The notes under the pieces were generated by a model that was given only the letters and a program-made list of their open reading frames with translations, was not told where the DNA came from and did no database searches. 64,000 nt of DNA from Candidatus Lindowbacteria bacterium RIFCSPLOWO2_12_FULL_62_27 (GTDB lineage Bacteria > Lindowbacteria > 2-12-FULL-62-27), in contig MFPR01000003.1 in the NCBI GenBank assembly GCA_001784175.1, positions 1-64,000 of the forward strand, read 5' to 3'. Positions 41,049 to 50,640 of this stretch are shown piece after piece. The stretch's first letter is position 1, and the number at the start of each line of letters is the position of its first letter. A program made the translations under genes and the position numbers.

Positions 41049-41780
41049 CTATTTTTTGGGACGAAACTTGCCGGTGGTTCTGGAGCGATCCAAAAACGAA
41101 TCGTGCAGTTTCCGGCCGATGGCCGTCTCCCGGAGCGCCGTGAAATGGGTGAGTTCGATGCCGCCGGCGTCGTCGAGGATGCTTTCACGAATTTCTGAAA
41201 GAATGGGCACCGCCGCGGCCGCCAGATCCTTGACCTCGCCAAAATCCAGCTCGATCCGGATCGGCTGAAGCGGCCGCAGGGCTTCAAACAGCCGCGCCAG
41301 ATCCTTCGCCGAATCGAGCGTGACCGCCGCCGACAGATGCACCCGGAGCGCGTCGAGCTTGGATGTCAGGCGATAGGCCAAATTCTCGTAAATCGGCTTG
41401 TCCGAATCGACCTTGTGTGCCGTGACCTTGTCGATTTTCTCCGTGACCTTTTCAATGTCGTCGATGGGCTTGACGATATACTCCTGCGCCCCGCACTGGA
41501 TGGCCTCGATAACCTTGTCTTTGGTGTTCATGGCCGTGAGCATGATGATGGGAATATCCCGGAGGGCGTCGATTTTTCTGAAAACCGAAACCGCCGTCAG
41601 GCCGTCGACGTTGGGCATGAGAATATCCATGAGCACCACGTGGGGCCGCCAGGTCAACGCCGTCAAAATGGCGTTTTTCCCGTCCGGGGCGATCTCGATT
41701 TCGAATCCTCTTTTCTTGAGCAACGTCGAGACCAAGTGCCTGACAACTTCGTCATCCTCGGCCAGAAGCACGCGCGGCAT
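41049..41780 (-). CDS. Response regulator with a STAS-like C-terminal domain
   Basis: AEDD, MDILMP, YIVKP; C-terminal IELDFGEVKDL. Confidence 0.85.
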   Translation of the reverse strand: MPRVLLAEDDEVVRHLVSTLLKKRGFEIEIAPDGKNAILTALTWRPHVVLMDILMPNVDGLTAVSVFRKIDALRDIPIIMLTAMNTKDKVIEAIQCGAQEYIVKPIDDIEKVTEKIDKVTAHKVDSDKPIYENLAYRLTSKLDALRVHLSAAVTLDSAKDLARLFEALRPLQPIRIELDFGEVKDLAAAAVPILSEIRESILDDAGGIELTHFTALRETAIGRKLHDSFLDRSRTTGKFRPKK

Positions 41781-41980
41781 GCGGAATGTTTATATGACGG
41801 ATGTCGGTGCTGTCAATTCTCCGCGGCCGGAGTGTATGGAACTTTGGGAACAACAATCAAACGCGGTATTAAAATAGAATCGCGAATGTCCGGGTGGATC
41901 CTGATTTCGGCAATTCTCATCTCCCGCTCATCTCCCCTGTCACATTGGACAAATAGTTACAAATTTGATACGGTTATGTC

Positions 41981-42172
41981 GTGGGCAAGATACGGAGAGG
42001 CAATTACATCTTCGTGAGCTGGGTGGGAGATCACGGCCATCACGTTCACGTCTATCGGGATGGGAAACTCGTTTTGAAATGGGACTTGGATGAAAACCGT
42101 GCGATCAAAGGCCGGATCACAGGTAAACTAAGAAAGCTGATCAACCAGCTTCGAAAGGAAGGGCTGTTATGA
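41981..42172 (+). CDS. DUF4160-like putative toxin, copy 2
   Basis: 61/63 aa identical to copy 1. Confidence 0.7.
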   Translation: MGKIRRGNYIFVSWVGDHGHHVHVYRDGKLVLKWDLDENRAIKGRITGKLRKLINQLRKEGLL

Positions 42173-42636
42173 AAATCAGAAAGATTGAGGCGAATAACCG
42201 CAAGAAATGTTTTGAACTCGTCGCGTCAGATGGCCGCGCGCTGGAATATCCTTATTCCAGGCTTCGGATCAGGCCGTCGGCAAACGACAGAATCACGGAT
42301 GTTCGGGTGGATCCGGAAGTCGGCGGTGAGGGATTCACCTACGTCTTGGGATCCGGAAAAGAGGATACGATCGTCCTGGATCAGGTACTCGAATACAACA
42401 AAGATACCGATTACCTGCGGGACATGCTCCTCTATAAACTGTCCCTGAAGGCCCAAAAATTGGTACAGGACCGCGGCGTCAGCAAACGCGAGATCGCCCG
42501 CCGTCTCCGCACCTCCCCCGTCCAGCTCTACCGACTCCTGGATCAGACATTCGCGGGAAAGACCCTCGACCAGATGGTGCGCCTGCTCGCCGCGCTGGAT
42601 TGCCCGGTGGACGTGGTTTTCAAGAAGGCGGCCTGA
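42169..42636 (+). CDS. Putative antitoxin (DUF2442-like + XRE HTH), copy 2
   Basis: Near-identical to 35407-35874. Confidence 0.75.
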   Translation: MKIRKIEANNRKKCFELVASDGRALEYPYSRLRIRPSANDRITDVRVDPEVGGEGFTYVLGSGKEDTIVLDQVLEYNKDTDYLRDMLLYKLSLKAQKLVQDRGVSKREIARRLRTSPVQLYRLLDQTFAGKTLDQMVRLLAALDCPVDVVFKKAA

Positions 42637-42649
42637 TTTCTTGGGCCGT

Positions 42650-44200
42650 TTATGCGTTGGCGTCAAACGAGGCCTTGATCTCTCCTTGATCGACGGACAG
42701 ACGGATGGCGGCGTCGCGGGTGCGGTTTTCGCGCAGGATCGCCGCCGCGACGGCCGACGAGATGTCCTCCCGGATGACGCGTTTCAGAAACCTCGCGCCG
42801 TAGACCGGCTCGAACCCCTTTTTCGCCAGATGCGTCAGGACTCCATCGTCGATCTTGAGTTTCAGACGGCGGTGGCTGAGACCGTCGCGGTCTTCGAGTT
42901 CTCTGATTTCCCGCTCGGCAATCCGGCGGATGGTGTGTGGGTCGAGCGGCCGGAAAAAGACGATTTTGTCGAATCGGTTGAGAAAGTCAACCCGAAACCG
43001 CTTGCGCAGCGCCTGCTCCAGCATCGGTCCCGGCCCTGATTGCCGCGTCTCACCCGAAAATCCGATGGCCTCCTCCTCGTAGACTTCCGCTCCGGTCGGA
43101 TCCCCGAAGATGATCTCGGACGCCCGGTCCTCCTGGAAGTCGGCCATGTTCAGGCGAATGAAATGATCGCGGCTGCCGAAAAGAAATTCGGCCAGTAATT
43201 TTGCCGCGAGCGTCTTGCCGACGCCGGTCGGCCCCGCGAACAAAAACACCCCGAACGCCCGGTGGACGTCCGTGAGCTGCGCCATGATGATGCGGATGGC
43301 GTTCATGATCGTCCGCACCGCGTCGGCCTGGCCCAGGACCTCTTCGCCGAATCTTGCCTCCGCCATGTCAAAGTCAATTTGAAAATCCGGATCCACGAGA
43401 AATCTTGGAACCCGGTACGTCTTGCAGAAACGGTCCAAAATCCCGTCCGGTCCGATCACGCTTCCATGGGCGGCCATGCACATCGAATCCCGGATAAGGT
43501 CCAGGACTTTGCGCGGGTGATTTTTCCGGCCCGGAAACCTGTACGAAAGGGACATCGCCTCGCTCTGGGCCTCGGGCGAGACGGCCACGCCCGTGGCCCG
43601 GTTTTTATCCTCGCACCACAACCGGACGATCTTCCGGACGCGCCCGGCGTCCGGGGGACGGCAGGAAACGACAACGAAATAGTCCTGAAGCTCCGGCTCG
43701 TACTCAAACATCGAATTCAACTGGTTGGACCGGCCTTCGCATAAAAAGGGGCCGTTAAACACGACGGCGAAGCGTTCGATCAAAGACTCGAGCGACAGGT
43801 CATACACCCGGTGAAAATCGGAAAAAAACGGCACGATGGCGTCTTTCTGCGCGCACAGCAGATTGAAGAACTCTTCCGCGGCCGGCCGGATTTTTTCGCA
43901 CTGGTCGCACGCGGAAATCCGCCGCCGAAAGGAGAACTGCAGAATACGCTTGCCCCTGAACGCCGCCGGCTCTCCCGTTTTTTGCAAGTTCAGAACCAGC
44001 TGATAAATCGACGCGGTTTTCCCCACGCCCGGTTCGCCGGAAAGAACGGGAGATAGACCCGCCGCGACGATGTCATGAACTTGATCCAGCGTTTCCGACA
44101 CCTCGTAGGCGGGCGCAAGTTCCCCCCGATCCGCCGCGGCCGTAAGGTCCTTCTCAAGCCATAATTCGATGGTTTCTTTCTGCCTCTTTTTCGCAGACAT
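42650..44200 (-). CDS. ClpA/B-like AAA+ protein with an apparent in-frame deletion in D2 (possible pseudogene)
   Basis: GEPGVGKT and GPTGVGKT Walker A motifs; GQADA; FLNRFD; YGARFLKR. The D2 Walker B and TSN segment are absent. Confidence 0.75.
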   Translation of the reverse strand: MSAKKRQKETIELWLEKDLTAAADRGELAPAYEVSETLDQVHDIVAAGLSPVLSGEPGVGKTASIYQLVLNLQKTGEPAAFRGKRILQFSFRRRISACDQCEKIRPAAEEFFNLLCAQKDAIVPFFSDFHRVYDLSLESLIERFAVVFNGPFLCEGRSNQLNSMFEYEPELQDYFVVVSCRPPDAGRVRKIVRLWCEDKNRATGVAVSPEAQSEAMSLSYRFPGRKNHPRKVLDLIRDSMCMAAHGSVIGPDGILDRFCKTYRVPRFLVDPDFQIDFDMAEARFGEEVLGQADAVRTIMNAIRIIMAQLTDVHRAFGVFLFAGPTGVGKTLAAKLLAEFLFGSRDHFIRLNMADFQEDRASEIIFGDPTGAEVYEEEAIGFSGETRQSGPGPMLEQALRKRFRVDFLNRFDKIVFFRPLDPHTIRRIAEREIRELEDRDGLSHRRLKLKIDDGVLTHLAKKGFEPVYGARFLKRVIREDISSAVAAAILRENRTRDAAIRLSVDQGEIKASFDANA

Positions 44201-44205
44201 ATCTA

Positions 44206-44412
44206 TTATCCGGTAAGGCCGGACACAGCTTCGCCGCGATAGCGCTTCTGATAGGCCTTCATGTATCCCGGGTGCCGGGCGCGCCAGAGCGCGTCGTACC
44301 CGCGTTTGTAGACCATGCGGGCCTGATGCCTGCATGGAACCGAGCAGAACTTCTGCCCGCGTGTGTACTTGGAAGGGACGAAGGTCCTTCCGCAAACAAA
44401 ACAATTCGACAT
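44206..44412 (-). CDS. Small basic Zn-finger protein
   Basis: SD GGAGG; CFVC...FCSVPC; 68 aa. Confidence 0.7.
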   Translation of the reverse strand: MSNCFVCGRTFVPSKYTRGQKFCSVPCRHQARMVYKRGYDALWRARHPGYMKAYQKRYRGEAVSGLTG

Positions 44413-44437
44413 ACGAATTGCCTCCGTGAGTTTTTTC

Positions 44438-44544
44438 GCCGAAGACAATTCACGTGACGTTCCGGCACAGGCAGGCTTGGGTCTGTTCCGGAAAGCGCTC
44501 ACCAGGAAGTCCGGGCGTGGACCCGTCGTTCCTGTGTCTTCGGC
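44438..44544. ncRNA. Candidate structured RNA (three-way junction)
   Basis: A perfect 10-bp closing stem (gccgaagaca/tgtcttcggc) encloses two hairpins. Confidence 0.4.
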
Positions 44545-44767
44545 CACTACATGAGATGACCGATTGTTTGGTTCACAAAAGTTCCTCCATTGCATAGGAT
44601 TGACACGATCGACGATCGATCGGTTTTTTTGCTGTAATTTGTACTGTAATTTTCGGTTTATACACCCACCGCATGTTGAAAGCAAGTGTCTTTTTTACGC
44701 ATTGATTCAAAAGCATTTGCTGTTTCCCGCCACCTGACAGCGCGGTTCCAACCTGCGGACATTATCG

Positions 44768-47700
44768 CTACTTTCCACCGGACTCGTTTCTTTTCAGCAT
44801 AAAGTAGAGCACAGGCACGGCGATGCGCGAGATGAGTGTCGAGGCGATTTCGCCGGCCATCAGAGACACGGCCAGTCCCTGAAAAATGGGATCGAACAGG
44901 ATGACGGATGTGCCGACGATGACGGCGGCGGCGGTGAGCAGCATCGGGCGGAATCGCACGGCGCCGGCATCGACGACCGCGTCCGACAGGGACATCCCCT
45001 GACGCAGGCGAAGCTCGATGAAATCGACAAGGATGATCGAATTTCTCACCACGATACCGGCGCCGGCAATAAAACCGATCATCGACGGCGCTGAAAATTT
45101 TGCGCCGAGGAGGGCGTGCGCGGGGAGAATCCCGATCAGCGCCAGCGGGATCGGAGCCATGATGACGAGCGGCACGGCAAAGGACTGAAACCACGCGACG
45201 ATGAGAATGTAGATCAAAACCAGCACGGCGGCGAAGGCGATTCCGAGATCCCGGAATACATCGGCCGTGACGTCGATCTCGCCGTCCCAGTTCACGGCGT
45301 ATCGATCCGGAACATCGGCCGCGCCGGCCACAAATTGCCGAACCGACGTGCCGTCCGGCGCCTTCAGGCTGTCGATCTCATCCCGCAGGGCAAGCATCGG
45401 ATACACGGGACTCTCGAGTCTGCCTTGCACGTCCGCCACCACATAGACGACGCGTTTCATATTCTTGTGATAAATTGGCTGATCGGCCAGAGTTTTTTCC
45501 CGGCGGGTCAGATAGGAAACCGGTATGAGATTTCCGTTCGGCGACAGGAATCGAATCGATTCGGCTGAATCGAGTTTCGCGCGCAGCGCATCCGGCAATC
45601 GCATCCACACGTCAACCGGCTCGGGCTCGGCCGGAAGATGCGCGAGGCCCAATGACGTTCCGTTCAATGCCACGCGCAGAGTCTGGGCCACCGCATCAGC
45701 CGGAATTCCGTTCAAGCTCGACTTGACGCGGTCCACCGTCAATCGTTCCAGCGGTTGCGTGTCGGAATAATAATAATCGACATCCGTTACCATAGGAGAT
45801 TTCAAAAGAACGCCGCGCAACTGCCGGGCCAGCTCGATTTGACCGGCGTGGTCCGGGCCGTACACCTCCAATACGAGCGTCGAAAGCACCGGCGGGCCCG
45901 GCGGAACTTCGGCAACTTGCACCCGGCCGCCGTATCGACCGATGATGCGATGTATTTCATCCCGGATGGAGACGGCGATCTGATGGCTGCTTCGTTTTCG
46001 GCCGTGTTTTCCGACAAGGTTGACCTGCAAATCCGCCTGATGGGGGCTTTGGCGCAGGAAGTAGTGCCGGACAAGTCCGTTGAAATTGTAGGGAGCGCTT
46101 GTGCCGGCATATATTTCAATGTCGCGAACTTCCGGCACGACCGATTCGATGTATCGCGCCGACTCGTCAGCCGCGCGGCGGGTTTCGGACAGCGCTGTTC
46201 CCTCGGGCATGTTGATCACGACTTGAAACTCGCTCTTGTTGTCAAACGGCAGCATCTTGACGACGACTTGTTTCAGCGGGACAAGCGCCACCGCGGCCGA
46301 GAACAGGACGACCACGACTCCAAAAAAAACGGCGTGCGCACGGCCGCGCGAAAGAAGCGGCGTCATCCATCTGCGATAGAGCCGCGTGAGCCACCCTTCC
46401 GGCTCGACGGACGGGTCGTGCTCGGCCCGCGGGGGCCGCAAGAAGATTCGGGCGGCCCACGGCGTCGCGATGAACGCGACGAGCAGGGAAAAAATCATGG
46501 CGGCGGATGAGCCGATGGGAATGGCCCGCATGTATTCGCCCATGAGGCCGGTCACGAATGCCATCGGCAAAATCGCCGCGATCACTGTCCACGTCGCCAG
46601 CACGGTGGGATTGCCGACTTCCGCCACCGCCTCCACGGCGACCTCCCGAAGCGGCCGGCCCGTATTGGATTTGAGATGCGCGTGGCGTTCGATGTTCTCG
46701 ACCACCACGATCGCGTCGTCGACTAAAATTCCGATGGAGAAAATCAGCGCAAAGAGCGTGATGCGGTTCAGGGTAAAGCCGTACAGATAGAAGAAGAGGA
46801 GCGTGAGCGCCAGCGTCGCCGGAACCGCAAGACCCACGACTGTCGCCCCGCGCCATCCCATCGCCAGCCAGATGAGGAGGATGACCGACACCGTCGCGAT
46901 CATCATGTGATAGAGAAGTTCATTCGATTTTTCGGATGCCGTGCGGCCGTAGTCGCGCGTCACGGTAACGTTCACGCCATCCGGAATCAGCCGCCTCTTG
47001 AGCGCGTCGACTTTTTTCATCACGTCCCGCACGATCCAGACCGCGTTTGATCCGGGACGCTTGGAGATGGAAAGCGTCACGGCCGGATACTCCGCGCCGC
47101 CCGCCGCCTTCGGCCGGATGCTCACGCTCTGCTCGCTTTCGTCCGCGCCATCCTCAAGCCGCGCCACGTCCTTGAGCTGGACCGCCCGGCCGCCGCTCAC
47201 GCCCACGACGATCGATTCGAGGTCGGCCAGCGTCCGGATGAACGATTCCGTCTCGATCTCAAGAAAGCGCCGGTCGCCGGAAAGATGCCCCGCCGGAAGC
47301 CGCGTGTTGAATGCCGAGATGCGCGCGGCCACGTCCAGCGGGGTGATGTGCGCCTCGGCCAGCCTGTCGGGATCAAAAAAGATTTTAAACGTCCGACGAT
47401 GTCCGCCGATCAAAAGCGTTTCGGAAATATTTTCGAGCGTGTTGATTTCCCGGCGGACTTCCGCGGCGATTCGCCGAAGCGCCACGTCGTCGAGGTCATC
47501 GCGGGCTGTCCAGAACGTGAGCGCCAGGATCGGCACGTCGTCGATGCTCCGGGGTTTGATGAGCGGCATCGCCGCGCCCGGCGGTACGAAATCCGCGTTG
47601 GACTGAACTTTCGCAAACAGTTTCGCCAGGCTCTCCGCCGGGTCGGATCCGACTTTGAACCGGACGATGATCATTCCGAGATTCGGCGCGGAGGTGGAGT

Positions 47701-47968
47701 AGACGTATTCGACCCCGGGGATCTCCCAGAGCTTGCGCTCGCCGAGGTCCGCGATGCGTTTCTCGACCTCCTCCGCGCTCGAGCCGGGCATCGGCACGAA
47801 GATGTCGAAGAAGGGCACGCGGATCTGCGGCTCCTCTTCACGCGGCAGTTGGTACACGGCGAAAAGGCCGAGCAGAATCGAAGCGATCAGGATGAGGGGT
47901 GTGAGTTTCGAATCGACGAATGCGTTCGCCGTTAATCCGGCGAATCCCAGGCGTTCTTTGTCCGGCAT
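44768..47968 (-). CDS. RND efflux permease (AcrB family)
   Basis: REEEPQI, GILVDDAIVVVEN, VRNSIILVDF, RFRPMLLT. Confidence 0.93.
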   Translation of the reverse strand: MPDKERLGFAGLTANAFVDSKLTPLILIASILLGLFAVYQLPREEEPQIRVPFFDIFVPMPGSSAEEVEKRIADLGERKLWEIPGVEYVYSTSAPNLGMIIVRFKVGSDPAESLAKLFAKVQSNADFVPPGAAMPLIKPRSIDDVPILALTFWTARDDLDDVALRRIAAEVRREINTLENISETLLIGGHRRTFKIFFDPDRLAEAHITPLDVAARISAFNTRLPAGHLSGDRRFLEIETESFIRTLADLESIVVGVSGGRAVQLKDVARLEDGADESEQSVSIRPKAAGGAEYPAVTLSISKRPGSNAVWIVRDVMKKVDALKRRLIPDGVNVTVTRDYGRTASEKSNELLYHMMIATVSVILLIWLAMGWRGATVVGLAVPATLALTLLFFYLYGFTLNRITLFALIFSIGILVDDAIVVVENIERHAHLKSNTGRPLREVAVEAVAEVGNPTVLATWTVIAAILPMAFVTGLMGEYMRAIPIGSSAAMIFSLLVAFIATPWAARIFLRPPRAEHDPSVEPEGWLTRLYRRWMTPLLSRGRAHAVFFGVVVVLFSAAVALVPLKQVVVKMLPFDNKSEFQVVINMPEGTALSETRRAADESARYIESVVPEVRDIEIYAGTSAPYNFNGLVRHYFLRQSPHQADLQVNLVGKHGRKRSSHQIAVSIRDEIHRIIGRYGGRVQVAEVPPGPPVLSTLVLEVYGPDHAGQIELARQLRGVLLKSPMVTDVDYYYSDTQPLERLTVDRVKSSLNGIPADAVAQTLRVALNGTSLGLAHLPAEPEPVDVWMRLPDALRAKLDSAESIRFLSPNGNLIPVSYLTRREKTLADQPIYHKNMKRVVYVVADVQGRLESPVYPMLALRDEIDSLKAPDGTSVRQFVAGAADVPDRYAVNWDGEIDVTADVFRDLGIAFAAVLVLIYILIVAWFQSFAVPLVIMAPIPLALIGILPAHALLGAKFSAPSMIGFIAGAGIVVRNSIILVDFIELRLRQGMSLSDAVVDAGAVRFRPMLLTAAAVIVGTSVILFDPIFQGLAVSLMAGEIASTLISRIAVPVLYFMLKRNESGGK

Positions 47969-47985
47969 CGGAAGAGAATTCGCGG

Positions 47986-49329
47986 CTATTTCAGCTCGGC
48001 CGGCACAGATTCCAATTTGCCGGCCGACAAAAGGAGCCGCGCGTAGGCCGTCCGAAATTCGAAATAGGTCCGGTTGAGATTGGCGTGGCTTTGGTAGAGC
48101 GCTTGTTCCGCCTGCAGAACGTCCGCGATGCTCTGCTTGCCGCTTTTGTATAGTTTGCGGAACATCGCCAGCGCCTCTTTTGACTCGGAAAGCGTCTGCC
48201 GGGCAACGGGGATTTCCTCGCGGAGGGAATCATACTCGTGAAGCCGGCGCTCGAAATCGAGTTCCGTTTCATCTTTTACGGAATCGGCCTGCGCTTCGAC
48301 CTGTTTGAGTTCCGCTTTGCGCAGTCCCTCCCGCGCATGGTCCGAAGGATCAAAGATCGGCGAGGTGAGCCGCAGGCCGATCGAATAATTATTGGAGTGC
48401 TGATCCGCCGAACGGGCGTTCTCCTCCATCTGTCCGAATCCGGTGATGACCGGCCGGCCAAACTTGGACTCGGCGTCGAGCGTTCGCTTCGCCGCCGCGG
48501 TCCGCTCCCGCGTCGCCCGCCGCGCCGGACGGCGGTCCAGCGATTCCAGAAGGATTGCCGGATTGGATATCGGCGGACTGTCCATGTCGAGCCGTCCCGT
48601 GGGTTCCAGAGCCTGCGCCGGCGGCTGGCCCATTGTGATGTTGAGCGCGGCGCTCGCGGTCTTGATCCGGGATTTCGCCCGGACATGCGCTTGTTTCATC
48701 TGCCCCAAGATGGCGCGCGCAAAATGATAGTCGGATCCGAGGACAAGCCCCTGATTTTTCAGCGCGAGCGCGTCGCGAATCTCGTCGTCGGATTCATCGA
48801 TTCGCGCTTGAATCACAAGCGCGTCCGCCCGGGCCAGGATGAGCGAATAGAACTGCTCGATGGTTTGGTACAGGACGTCCTGCGTGACCGAGCGCAGATT
48901 CTCCTCCGCCGAACGCACCTGTGCCCGCGCGGCCTCCATCCGGTCGGCGCGCTGAGGATCATGAACGGAGAGATTAAGCGCCAGCCGGCCTTGAACGTTC
49001 TGATATGCGCGCGGGTCCTGCAATTGATCAGGCTGAAGGTCTCGCGTCGTCGCACGAGACTGGAGGAGTTTGACACCAAGCCCCTCTTGCGGGTTGTCGC
49101 CCTGAACGGCGCCGCCGGAGAGCGTCAGGGACGGTTCATACCCGGCCTCGACGGCTTTCAGCCCGGCCTTCGCCACCTCCACCCGCGCCTTCGCTTCGGC
49201 GATGGCCGGATGGCGGGCCAGCGACTCGCGCGCGGCTTCGTCGAGCGTGACGGCGGAGGCCGGGTGGATGAAGAACCCCGGTGCGGAAATAAACGTCAGA
49301 AGAAACCACGCCTTATTGGCGGGTGACAT
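47986..49329 (-). CDS. TolC-family outer-membrane factor
   Basis: Signal peptide, two OEP repeats, YKSGKQSIADVLQAE. Confidence 0.88.
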   Translation of the reverse strand: MSPANKAWFLLTFISAPGFFIHPASAVTLDEAARESLARHPAIAEAKARVEVAKAGLKAVEAGYEPSLTLSGGAVQGDNPQEGLGVKLLQSRATTRDLQPDQLQDPRAYQNVQGRLALNLSVHDPQRADRMEAARAQVRSAEENLRSVTQDVLYQTIEQFYSLILARADALVIQARIDESDDEIRDALALKNQGLVLGSDYHFARAILGQMKQAHVRAKSRIKTASAALNITMGQPPAQALEPTGRLDMDSPPISNPAILLESLDRRPARRATRERTAAAKRTLDAESKFGRPVITGFGQMEENARSADQHSNNYSIGLRLTSPIFDPSDHAREGLRKAELKQVEAQADSVKDETELDFERRLHEYDSLREEIPVARQTLSESKEALAMFRKLYKSGKQSIADVLQAEQALYQSHANLNRTYFEFRTAYARLLLSAGKLESVPAELK

Positions 49330-49999
49330 AGTTCAACACCTCGGTCATGATATCGTGGATGCGGGCATATGACTCGGCCGGCGCTTTGCGCATCGCCGAC
49401 TCGGTTTGAATGAAGTCGTCATCAACCAATTCAGACTGGCAGTGAGAAATGAGCGCGTCAAGACTCTGCGGAGTTGTTTCAAGATGGAACTGAAGGCCGA
49501 TGACATTCGAGCCGATCTGAAAGGCCTGATTGTCGCACCCGTCGCTCCGGGCCAGCCGCGCGGCGCCATCCGGCAGGTCGAAGGTTTCGCCATGCCAGTG
49601 AAAGACGGTGGCCGTTTCCGGAAACCGGAAAAGACCGGGTTGGTCCGACGTTCCGTGGATGTCAAACCATCCGATTTCCTTGCAACGCCCGGGATAAACG
49701 CGCGAGCCGAGCGCTGCGGCGATAAGTTGCGCCCCGAGACAAATGCCAAGCACCGCTTTGCCCGCGCGAATGGCGCCTGAAACGAACCGCTTCTCATCCC
49801 GGAGCCACGGCAGCGTTGACTCGTCGTTGACGCTCATAGGTCCGCCCATGACGAGAATAAGATCGAGATCCGCCACGTCCGGCAACGCGGGTGATTCGTA
49901 GAAGCGCGTGTATCCGACGGCCGCGCCGCGTTCGGACAACCATGATTCGATGCTTCCGATCCCCTCAAAGGGGGCGTGCTGCAGCACGTGAATATTCAT
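49313..49999 (-). CDS. Type 1 glutamine amidotransferase-like protein
   Basis: MGGPMS, GICLGAQ, WHGETF, QFHLE. Confidence 0.9.
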   Translation of the reverse strand: MNIHVLQHAPFEGIGSIESWLSERGAAVGYTRFYESPALPDVADLDLILVMGGPMSVNDESTLPWLRDEKRFVSGAIRAGKAVLGICLGAQLIAAALGSRVYPGRCKEIGWFDIHGTSDQPGLFRFPETATVFHWHGETFDLPDGAARLARSDGCDNQAFQIGSNVIGLQFHLETTPQSLDALISHCQSELVDDDFIQTESAMRKAPAESYARIHDIMTEVLNYVTRQ

Positions 50000-50291
50000 T
50001 CGCACCTCGATTCGAGCAGGACGCGTCTCCGATCACTCATCTCGCCGCCGAACCTTCACTCCCATCGTTTTCTTCTTCATCGTCCGCCACTCCCGCCGCA
50101 TCTGGCGTATACATTTCTATTTCACTATATAGCGTTATCTCCATGCTTGCAATAAGCGTGTAGGACATCGGGGCTATTGATTCCAAGTGAACTTGGGTCA
50201 GTCCGGGCGTTGGTGAATATACCAGACCCGACAATGAGGGGTTTGTTGGGATCATTTACAACCTATTCGCCGTATGGCAATCTTCCGGACA

Positions 50292-50552
50292 ATGAAACCT
50301 GCGGTTTTAGTGCTTCTGTTTCTTTTCACATTCGGCGTCGGTCTCGACAGCGTGGATTTGGATTGCGCCGGTCTCGGGGCCGGCCAGTCGTGTCATTCGT
50401 GCGTGTGTCAGCTCCATGGAACAGGACCGGCCACTATGGCCGCTGCACCCACGGTTCTGCCCGCCGCCATCCTTTTCCCCGCTCCCGACGTTTCTGCCCG
50501 AGATTTTATTTTTGTGAAAGGAATTTTTCGGCCACCCGCAATTCCCGCCTGA
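50292..50552 (+). CDS. Leader-type small protein (signal/TM, CxxC, C-terminal FRPP)
   Basis: MKPAVLVLLFLF; CHSCVC; IFRPP near the stop; 88 nt upstream of tolC. Confidence 0.65.
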   Translation: MKPAVLVLLFLFTFGVGLDSVDLDCAGLGAGQSCHSCVCQLHGTGPATMAAAPTVLPAAILFPAPDVSARDFIFVKGIFRPPAIPA

Positions 50553-50640
50553 TTCGCTCCAACGTTCGCCCCGTGTCTCTTTTGATTTTGTAATTTTGTA
50601 ACTAGCGGCGTTCGTCCGCCGTTATCATAAGGAGGATTCC

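Larger units (their letters stand above)
41944..42640 (+). repeat. ~697-bp direct repeat, copy 2
   Basis: Matches 35182-35878. Confidence 0.95.

Noticed and set aside
50037-50255. 72-aa minus-strand ORF with an acidic tail
   Set aside because: No motif or SD, and it lies in a divergent promoter region.
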